Below are positions 41,253 to 49,191 of a stretch of DNA of 64,000 nt, piece by piece. This DNA comes from a virus. The stretch spans positions 8,784 through 72,783 of IMG/VR virus record IMGVR_UViG_3300032316_001090; one strand, written 5' to 3'. The notes under the pieces were generated by a model, which worked only from the letters and a program-made list of their open reading frames with translations, did not search any database and was not told where the DNA came from. Within the stretch, counting starts at the first letter, position 1. Every line of letters begins with the position of its first letter. Made by a program: the position numbers and the translations under genes.

Positions 41253-42526
41253 GTCTTTGCATGGCACCTTGGGTGCATACTTATTTGAGCCCACAAACAG
41301 AACGTCGCATGTGTTGTGCAAGTCGTGAGCCTGCACAAAACTTTGAACAGTACATAGACACAGCCGCTGGCACAGGCCGGTATATCCCCATCACCTTGGA
41401 CGAACACTGGAACTCGCCACACATGATGAGTGTGCGCAGTAGAATGATGGCAGGTGAAACACTGCCTGAGTGTGAAGTGTGCAATGACAAGTTGTTAAAC
41501 ACTGATGTTTACCGCACATATTTTTGGCAGTTGTTCAAACATAAGTATCCTGATATTTGGGAAACTACAGACACCGCGGGTCGCACCACAATGCAGCCTG
41601 TGAGTTGGGATTATAGATTTTCAAATTTGTGCAATTTTAAATGTAGAACCTGCGGTGACATGTTGAGCAGTAGTTGGGAAACAGAACAACGCCAACATGG
41701 AATGACAGATTGGTCAAATCCCAAGAACACCTGGATGAGACCTGAAGTGCGGCGAGAAATTTCTGCATTTCAAGACAGTCAAATTGAACAAGAGTTTGCT
41801 GATGCTGTAGAACAACACCGTGTTGAAGAAGTGTACTGGGTAGGCGGAGAGCCACTTATGTACGAACAACATTGGCGTTATATGAAACGCATAGTTGAAC
41901 TAGGGGATGGACCACGAGTATATGCTAGATACAATACAAATTTATCCAGAGTGGATTATCGGGGTGTTAACTTATATTGTGATATTCTTTCTGGGTTGCG
42001 TGATTGGCAGATATGTGCAAGTCTCGACGGCACAGGCGCAATTGGTGAATACATCAGAACAGGTCTTGACTATGATCGCTGGCTTGAGCATTTTGGTCAA
42101 GCAGTTGAGATCCAACGTCACAGACGTCAAGTCCGAATTGACTTTACGCTCACTTTGCCCGGAATGTTCGAAGTTACACGCATTAGACAACTTGCCGAAA
42201 CATACGGGGTCGACGTCCTTGCCAAAGTGATATTTTCATTCTCTCCAGACATTGTGATGAGTCCATTGGCTTTGCCTAGATCTTTGTTAGAACCTTGGAT
42301 TGATGAACTTGTGCCCCAAGTGGATGGCGCATTACGTGATGTGTTGTTACAACTAAAAACTAGGCCTACTTTTGAAGAACAATGGCCTGATCAGTATGCA
42401 AAAGGTCTTGCAAAAGGCAAGGCACGTGTGTTACAATTAGAAAGCATACGCACACAGAAGATCACCATGACAGAAATACTTGCTGATCGTTCTGCGGTGC
42501 TAGAATGGTGGAACAACATTGCTTGA
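41249..42526 (+). CDS. radical SAM enzyme, subfamily B
   Basis: CNFKCRTCGDMLSSSW (CX3CX2C); VGGEPLM; N-terminal C-x17-CC-x51-C-x2-C; ATGA overlap. Confidence 0.7.
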   Translation: MSLCMAPWVHTYLSPQTERRMCCASREPAQNFEQYIDTAAGTGRYIPITLDEHWNSPHMMSVRSRMMAGETLPECEVCNDKLLNTDVYRTYFWQLFKHKYPDIWETTDTAGRTTMQPVSWDYRFSNLCNFKCRTCGDMLSSSWETEQRQHGMTDWSNPKNTWMRPEVRREISAFQDSQIEQEFADAVEQHRVEEVYWVGGEPLMYEQHWRYMKRIVELGDGPRVYARYNTNLSRVDYRGVNLYCDILSGLRDWQICASLDGTGAIGEYIRTGLDYDRWLEHFGQAVEIQRHRRQVRIDFTLTLPGMFEVTRIRQLAETYGVDVLAKVIFSFSPDIVMSPLALPRSLLEPWIDELVPQVDGALRDVLLQLKTRPTFEEQWPDQYAKGLAKGKARVLQLESIRTQKITMTEILADRSAVLEWWNNIA

Positions 42527-43544
42527 TAGAATTGAAATAGACCTGCGTGGCGCAGACACGCTCACATTGTACATTGATGTCACAGACAACAGTCTCAGTC
42601 GCAAATGGCTGGCTGCACTGAACAATATTTTACGCAGTGATTTGCATTTAGAAAAAAACTATTGTTGGCTAGGATGGACTGAAAGTGCGCGAACAGCAGA
42701 ATATATAATTGAGAGCATCAATGCCAGTATTCAAGCAATAAACACAGCTAATTTAGGGTACACCATTGATGATTATTTTACCGTGGGAGAGACCATACAA
42801 GATAATTTGAATGTCGACCATGATCGTATGAATCAACTGCATCGGTACTTTGAAGACCTACAGGGTCACTCTGGGCACATGAGTGCTTATTGGAGCAAAG
42901 CAGATGCTGCCACACGTTGGCACATACGCCAACTGAACTTGTTGTGTCATGAATATGAGAGTCTTGTGCTCAGCATGCGCAAGGTCATACAAGCACCTGC
43001 CTGGCGCCGACCTAGTCAGTTGATGTGCTGGCTCAATGCACCACGTTTTGCATTGGACACAGAAGATTTTGAACTGTTTGGAATAGACACACTCAACAGA
43101 CAAATGGGTGCAGTGTACGTTGGTGTAAACAAAGCAGTGGGCAAAACACACTGGGAAGTATTCAATGACGAAGGGCGTGATGTGGACGAGTTGGTTACCA
43201 CAGGACTGCGTAATCAAACTGAGGCAGCTGGCGATTTTGATATTGAGTGGGCACGGGATCCAGGTGCATATCCGTGGCAAATACAAAAAATTGCAGAATT
43301 TCGAACATGGTTAGTAGACAATGGATTTGATCCCGAAGATCGGTCGCTGACCATTGGCCATCCCAAGGTAGCGCAAGTTAATTTGTCAAAATCATTTGGC
43401 ACCTTGGACTACAATAAAATTTGGCAACAGATTTCAAATAGATTGGATGTATATAAAATTCGTACCAGTGACGCAGAAGCTACATATGAGTATCGCTGGA
43501 GCGATCGAGATTATGCTGAACAGCAAATAAGGAGATTAACATGA
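42519..43544 (+). CDS. hypothetical protein, 341 aa
   Basis: ORF overlapping the last radical-SAM gene by 8 nt. Confidence 0.5.
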   Translation: MLDRIEIDLRGADTLTLYIDVTDNSLSRKWLAALNNILRSDLHLEKNYCWLGWTESARTAEYIIESINASIQAINTANLGYTIDDYFTVGETIQDNLNVDHDRMNQLHRYFEDLQGHSGHMSAYWSKADAATRWHIRQLNLLCHEYESLVLSMRKVIQAPAWRRPSQLMCWLNAPRFALDTEDFELFGIDTLNRQMGAVYVGVNKAVGKTHWEVFNDEGRDVDELVTTGLRNQTEAAGDFDIEWARDPGAYPWQIQKIAEFRTWLVDNGFDPEDRSLTIGHPKVAQVNLSKSFGTLDYNKIWQQISNRLDVYKIRTSDAEATYEYRWSDRDYAEQQIRRLT

Positions 43545-43642
43545 AATGGTTACGCAGACTTTGGGATAGAATTACTTTGGAAATTCGTTACAGAAAAAAA
43601 CTTAAAGAACTACGCAAACGAGATCCATTTATTTACAAATGA
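43541..43642 (+). CDS. small basic peptide ORF, 33 aa (MKWLRRLWDRITLEIRYRKKLKELRKRDPFIYK)
   Basis: AAGGAG 7 nt upstream, one of the few strong SD sequences in the window; its ATG overlaps the upstream stop (ATGA) and its TGA overlaps the downstream ATG (ATGA). Confidence 0.3.
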   Translation: MKWLRRLWDRITLEIRYRKKLKELRKRDPFIYK

Positions 43643-45120
43643 ATATCTTAGGTATCAGTGCCGGCTTTCATGATGCCGCTGCCTCGGTAATCAATAGCCA
43701 AGGTGACATTGTATTTGCTGGACACAGTGAGCGTTACAGCAAACGCAAAAATGATGCAGACATTCACAAAGACTTGATATGGGACGCATGCAATGTCGGC
43801 GGTATTGATCATGTGGCCTACTACGAAACACCTTGGAAAAAACAACTACGCCAGTGGTACAGCGGTCAAGGCATAGAGTGGAACAAGTTGACCACAAAAC
43901 AAATTCTCGAGCAACAGCTCAAAGGATTTTTTCCAACAGCATCACGCAGTTGCCACAGTCATCATTTAAGCCATGCGGCCGGTGGTTTTCAAACCAGCCC
44001 ATATGACCGTGCCACAGTGGTGGTAATTGATGCCATAGGCGAGTGGGACACAATCACAATCTGGGCAGCAGAATATGACAAAAAAGGATGAGCACAGTAC
44101 AAGCCACTGTGGGCACAACGATATCCTCACAGCCTGGGTCTGTTTTACAGTGCAATTACTAAGCGTGTGGGCCTACACCCACTAGACGAAGAATACATCA
44201 CCATGGGCATGGCAGCATATGGTGATGACCATTACCATGATCTCATGGAAGCAGTATTGATCAGTGATCCCAGCACCGCAGAGTTCAAACAAAACTTACA
44301 TACCGGAGTCAGTGATACCTTCATGGGCGGTCTTGATCATGTGGATATTGCTGCCAGTGCTCAGAGATTGTTAGAACGTTTGATAGGCAACGTCATGCGT
44401 AGGGCCAGAGACTTTGGATGGTCAACAAATCTTGTGTATCAAGGTGGTGTTGCACTCAACTGTTTGGCCAACAGAACTCTAGGAGAATACTTTGACAACA
44501 TCTGGGTCATGCCCTGCCCTGGCGATGCTGGATCAAGTCTTGGAGCCGCTGCTCTTGCTTATGGTCGAAGGTTGCATTGGCACAATGCTTACCTTGGTCA
44601 CAATATCCCTGGCGCTTATCCTGTTGACAATCTTGTTTGCGGTTTACTCCAGGATGGTATTGCGGGAGCGGCCAGTGGCCGTGCTGAGTTTGGTCCCAGA
44701 GCACTAGGAAATCGTAGTCTACTGGCTGACCCACGTAGGCCCAACATAAAAGGTCAAGTAAATGCAATCAAACGCAGACAACAATTCAGACCCTTTGCAC
44801 CAGTTATATTGGTCGAACTGGCTGATCAATATTTTGACATCAAGCCTGGCTGGCATACTCACAGTTATATGCAGTCCGTTGCTCATTGCCGCCAATCTGA
44901 TGTTTACCCTAGTATATGTCATGTTGATGGCACCAGCCGAGTACAAACGGTGACAGCGGATGGATCAGGAATAAGACAATTGTTGGAAGCCTGGTATGCT
45001 GAAACTGGTTGTCCCATGTTGCTCAACACCAGTTTGAACATACGTGGAGAGCCCATGGTCAACGATCGTGCAGATGCTGATCGTTTTGAAATGTTATATG
45101 GTGTAACGGTGTATTCGTGA
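43639..45120 (+). CDS. carbamoyltransferase, NodU/CmcH/TobZ family, interrupted by one in-frame TGA (44089-44091)
   Basis: N-terminus MNILGISAGFHDAAASV...; the continuation after the stop lies in the same frame and carries the family hallmark YPHSLGLFYSAIT and MPCPGDAGSSLGAAALAY; table ORFs 43639..44091 and 44167..45120 are two halves of one gene. Confidence 0.6.
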
Positions 45121-45902
45121 TTAAATCTACAAAAACTCGATACTGCAATGAATTTTGGTACCATAGCAATGATCTAATGATTGGTACCAGCATTGATCGT
45201 TATGGTGAATACAGTCAGTGCGAAATTGATTTTATCCTGAGTTTTTTAACTGATGATGCTGTGGTATATGATGTGGGAGCCAACATAGGATATCATACCA
45301 CAGCATTTGCCACACGGGCCAGACGTGTGTATGCATTTGAACCGCACCCTGGTAACTATGCTTTGTTAGAAAAAAACACTGAAAATTTTGACAATGTGTT
45401 CTTGGGACAGTATGCAGTAAGCAACACTAGATCAACATGCTATATCTCAGATTATGATCCTGATCAGACCAGCAATTTTGGTGCTGTCAGCGTGGTTGGT
45501 AGCACCACAGGAATTCCGGTCCGTGCCATTGATTTAGACACTGCCGGCTTGGAGCCGCCGGACTTTGTCAAGATTGATGCAGAAGGTCACGAATTACAGG
45601 TGCTGCAAGGTTGTCAACAAATCATACAACAATATTGTCCTGTGGTCTACTACGAAGCACATGAAAGCCCAGATCTTAAACAAATATATCTGCTATTAGG
45701 AGATGACAGATATAGATTTTATTGGGCGCAGGTCAACAATTATAATCCTGCTAATTTTGCCGGTAACACTGACAATATTTTTGGCGGGAGTGCATTGATG
45801 AGTATTCTAGCCTGGCCTAGAACGCTAGGAGAGTTGCCAATGACTCCTGTAACAGGGCCCGACGACACTGCCAATAGATTTTATCGGGACGGGCATCCTT
45901 AG
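45117..45902 (+). CDS. FkbM-family methyltransferase
   Basis: VYDVGANIGYHTTAFA...VYAFEPHPGNYALL is the FkbM-domain SAM-binding motif; ATGA overlap with the upstream gene. Confidence 0.6.
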   Translation: MIKSTKTRYCNEFWYHSNDLMIGTSIDRYGEYSQCEIDFILSFLTDDAVVYDVGANIGYHTTAFATRARRVYAFEPHPGNYALLEKNTENFDNVFLGQYAVSNTRSTCYISDYDPDQTSNFGAVSVVGSTTGIPVRAIDLDTAGLEPPDFVKIDAEGHELQVLQGCQQIIQQYCPVVYYEAHESPDLKQIYLLLGDDRYRFYWAQVNNYNPANFAGNTDNIFGGSALMSILAWPRTLGELPMTPVTGPDDTANRFYRDGHP

Positions 45903-46942
45903 AGGTAAGTCTCTAATCCGCCGCGTCTGCGGATGTCTTGTGTACAGCATGAGATGCCACCGTCCCAGAAGTACGAATGACGCAGTTCGCTGATGATAGG
46001 TTCTATCCGATGCCGGCGGCAGTAGTCAAACACTTCTCGATTGTATGCTGAGAATATAACATGTGACTCATCTAACACAAGACAGTTCACATCAAACACA
46101 GTTTCAGCAACAAAGCCAGTCCACTTGGTTAGATAAGTGTCCACAAACTGTGTGAACTCTGCGGTAGGTGTTTGTCCTTGTACATACCAAGCACCCGGTG
46201 ATTGTTCGTACTTGAACTTGCCAACTTCCATAGCTGCCCATATTGAGCTATCCCAAATTTTACAAACGTCCCAACCAGGAAAGTCTCGGGCTAGATCCAA
46301 ATTAACATCGTGCTTGCTACTCAGCAGCACTCCAGGCTTGAGAATAGCAAACACCGCATCGCCGTGCCCGTCTGTGATGGCTTCGTGTATGCGATATTCT
46401 GGTCCCAACACATTGTCCACAATCCAACGAGTTTGATCAGGGCGCAAGAAATCTGAGTTATCAAAGAATACATCACGGCCTACTCGCACAATGCATGACG
46501 CCGACGCACCGTTTAGGATGCAGTTCTCGTCCCAACCAGTAGTACCGTGTGGATTGATCACTGCGCCAGGCTGTGCGGCCGCATATTCAGCGCACAGTGA
46601 ATCAAGCTCTTGCATGGGCAACACACGCAACAATTTATCGCCCAGGGTGATTTGCCAGTCGCGTGGCGTCAGTGGCGGCAGTGCAGCACCTCCTCCTTCG
46701 GTCTGAAACCATACAAATTGATCTTTGTTGGGCAAATCAGGACGCCGCACTTGAGCACCGTATTGTTCAATGGTTCGTTGCAGGTTGTTGAGATCTTCTT
46801 CAGTTTCATGGAGAATCTGTTGCAATTGATTGCGCACCTGTGGATTGTCTATAAAATCAAAGTAGTCAGGTGTGTAGGCCCGTCCCACAATGACTTCTTC
46901 TAGTGGTTGCCACGACGTATATGAATTAACTATATTGCTCAT
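45899..46942 (-). CDS. amidinotransferase-superfamily enzyme (GATM/StrB1-like)
   Basis: C-terminal FWDGGISCCTQDIRRRG resembles the active-site Cys segment of glycine/inosamine-phosphate amidinotransferases; its stop overlaps the FkbM stop convergently (ttag). Confidence 0.45.
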   Translation of the reverse strand: MSNIVNSYTSWQPLEEVIVGRAYTPDYFDFIDNPQVRNQLQQILHETEEDLNNLQRTIEQYGAQVRRPDLPNKDQFVWFQTEGGGAALPPLTPRDWQITLGDKLLRVLPMQELDSLCAEYAAAQPGAVINPHGTTGWDENCILNGASASCIVRVGRDVFFDNSDFLRPDQTRWIVDNVLGPEYRIHEAITDGHGDAVFAILKPGVLLSSKHDVNLDLARDFPGWDVCKIWDSSIWAAMEVGKFKYEQSPGAWYVQGQTPTAEFTQFVDTYLTKWTGFVAETVFDVNCLVLDESHVIFSAYNREVFDYCRRHRIEPIISELRHSYFWDGGISCCTQDIRRRGGLETYL

Positions 46943-48116
46943 GAATTTTCCTGATCAAGCTATTTAAACGATCAGCTTTGTTGGCAACAAATAATCGTTG
47001 GTTGTGTTCCAGCTGTGGCCTGGCAGCTTCAAACAATTCAGACAAATGTGGCCTGGCAGCTTCTATACTGTCACGCAGGCGTTCCCAACGCTGTGTGTGA
47101 TTTGGTATGGTGTCATAACTGTTGTCTAACAAGTCATCAAACACTTGATAGCCCAAGTCACGCAACACTTGCAAACTGCCTGCGCCGCCTGCTACAAAGA
47201 ACAGTTGCCCGTGTTTGATGGGCTTGAATGTTTTTTCTGTGACAAATGCCCCACCTGATTGATCCACATCAAATTGACTTTCCAACACAATTTGACAGTA
47301 GGAGTCTCCATAGTATTTGGGCACCATGACAGCATGATTGTTACGATCAAAATCTGATAACTCGTCACTGACATAAGGTGCTTGTTGTAAAAATTTGGTT
47401 CGATCATATCGCAAGCGACTGATCATATCAACTTCAATGGGACAGTCTGTGTCAGCATCGTAAGGTGCTTCACAGTAACTCCAGTAACTGTTGCTCAGCA
47501 AGCCTGTGCGATGCAAGTCTGCCATGGCAGTGGCACGCCACCATTTGTGCAGTCTGCTCAAACAAGTAAAGTCTCGCTGTCTGGGCTCGCGATGTATCAT
47601 GTAAGGTGTGCTGGTCAAGTTACGCTGATAATACCATAACTCAAAGTCATGAAATGTAACAAAGCCCGGCAACTGATCAGCCGCGGTGTTGGCACTTACA
47701 AAAACATAGCAATCTGGCGGAAGCAAATGGTTTTCTGCTAGACTATCCAATCTGTTTTTGATGCGCCTGGGATTGTCGCCTTCGTGATACATGAATAACA
47801 CACGCAGTTTGTCTTGCCGTAGCTTTTTTCTAACTTCGGGAGACATGAGTTCAAAGTAATCAATTTCAAAGTCAAAGAATCCCAAGCAGATGGGATAGTA
47901 ACTGTTGTCAGGGCAATCAGTGTCTACAGCATAGTTATTGATCACAATGCTGTGTTCACGGCAGTACTCTTCCAAGCGCAGGGGTGTGGTGTAGGGCCAA
48001 TGTTGTCCAAACTCACGCCAGCTTTGCGTGTATGGTCGGCCTTGATGACGAGCCAGGGCTGGGTATATACGCCCTTTGATGGTGCTGTCAACTACAAAAT
48101 TAAACTGTGAATTCAT
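46926..48116 (-). CDS. glycosyltransferase, fucosyltransferase-like TEK-motif family, paralog 2
   Basis: GAFVTEKTFKPIKHGQLFFVAGGAGSLQVLRDLGYQVFDDLLDNSYD is collinear with paralog 3 and with 36353..37468. Confidence 0.45.
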   Translation of the reverse strand: MNSQFNFVVDSTIKGRIYPALARHQGRPYTQSWREFGQHWPYTTPLRLEEYCREHSIVINNYAVDTDCPDNSYYPICLGFFDFEIDYFELMSPEVRKKLRQDKLRVLFMYHEGDNPRRIKNRLDSLAENHLLPPDCYVFVSANTAADQLPGFVTFHDFELWYYQRNLTSTPYMIHREPRQRDFTCLSRLHKWWRATAMADLHRTGLLSNSYWSYCEAPYDADTDCPIEVDMISRLRYDRTKFLQQAPYVSDELSDFDRNNHAVMVPKYYGDSYCQIVLESQFDVDQSGGAFVTEKTFKPIKHGQLFFVAGGAGSLQVLRDLGYQVFDDLLDNSYDTIPNHTQRWERLRDSIEAARPHLSELFEAARPQLEHNQRLFVANKADRLNSLIRKIHEQYS

Positions 48117-49191
48117 CCAACATGCCCATGAGCTCTTGCCATAATATCTTGGTCAGCCCACCGTTGTAGAAGTGATTGAAGTTGTGTTCTACAATTTCAA
48201 CACAGCCCTGGTGTATGCGCTGACGTTCCTCAACGCCTAACTTTTCTAGATGTTTTAGCAGCTGGGTGACCTTTTCTACTCGCACTATGTCATCAGTTTC
48301 CAAGTCATAGCTCTCATCAAACACTGAATCAAATGTGCGGAAACCATATTCTCGCATGTAGGCCAGGCTGCCAGCAGGAGCCACCAACACAAACGGCATT
48401 TCCATGGCAATGGCCTTGAAGGTCTTTTCTGTGATGTGTGTACGGCGTCCAAAGTACACAGTTTCGGTGGGCACGTATACTAGACTGTCGGCAGCCTCAT
48501 CAAAGTTTGTGAGCCAACAACTGGCCATTTGTTGAGTCTCTTCACCGGGAAACAGTTTAGGCAATGGCGCTGCCGCAAACACTTGCTCAATGTCGGGATA
48601 TATGTTATTATACTTACGAGCTATCTTACTGATATCAACACCCTCATAGGTGCAGGTTCTAGGAGCCGATATCCAGTTGTGATCCAGCTCATGTTTGAAT
48701 ACGTTATACAAGAACAACACACGATGATCACGCTTGCCGGCCACAATACGATTGGGACTCATAAAAGTCCGTGTGGGCTGCCGATCTCGTGCTCGCGGAA
48801 TCAAAAAACTCTTGTCGTAGCCTCGAAACCAATCCTGACAGGCCCAACCATGATAAAAATAGTAATGCGGAGTCCAGCCATACACACGACACATTTCTTC
48901 CACATGCTCGCCCCGCTCGCTAACTACTACATGACCAGGCGGTTGAACCCAAATATCATCGTTGCGGCGAATCACATCATCAAACAAAGGCTTGTGCAAG
49001 TCCATGTGAACAGGTTCTTGATCATGCATGAATATATAGTCAATTTCGCGCACATCGTCTCCACCGTAGTTGAACAAACTTTCGGAATCACTGCGCCCCG
49101 GTGGATCACAAAAAAATACTCTAGTACCAGGAACATGTTGCCGAATCCAAGGCCAAAAGGTGTTGTTGTAAATTTCGTCTATTCTAATCAT
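48100..49191 (-). CDS. glycosyltransferase, fucosyltransferase-like TEK-motif family, paralog 3
   Basis: RRTHITEKTFKAIAMEMPFVLVAPAGSLAYMREYGFRTFDSVFDESYD; start codon overlaps the divergent start of 49190..52408 (CATG). Confidence 0.45.
   Translation of the reverse strand: MIRIDEIYNNTFWPWIRQHVPGTRVFFCDPPGRSDSESLFNYGGDDVREIDYIFMHDQEPVHMDLHKPLFDDVIRRNDDIWVQPPGHVVVSERGEHVEEMCRVYGWTPHYYFYHGWACQDWFRGYDKSFLIPRARDRQPTRTFMSPNRIVAGKRDHRVLFLYNVFKHELDHNWISAPRTCTYEGVDISKIARKYNNIYPDIEQVFAAAPLPKLFPGEETQQMASCWLTNFDEAADSLVYVPTETVYFGRRTHITEKTFKAIAMEMPFVLVAPAGSLAYMREYGFRTFDSVFDESYDLETDDIVRVEKVTQLLKHLEKLGVEERQRIHQGCVEIVEHNFNHFYNGGLTKILWQELMGMLDEFTV

Noticed and set aside
44080-44091. A6 run (gacaaaaaagga) before the in-frame TGA as a programmed frameshift site
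   Set aside because: The downstream homologous sequence is in the same frame as the upstream part, so a frameshift would destroy the protein rather than rescue it.
44089-44091. Selenocysteine or global TGA recoding
   Set aside because: TGA clearly terminates other genes in the window (e.g. 5741-5743, 33738-33740, 34976-34978). No SECIS-like structure could be judged by eye, and the position aligns to a variable loop rather than a conserved Cys.
45915-45931. Hairpin TCCGC-CGCGTCT-GCGGA just past the convergent stops as a bidirectional terminator
   Set aside because: It lies inside the coding sequence of 45899..46942 (-), has only a 5-bp stem and no flanking U/A tracts.
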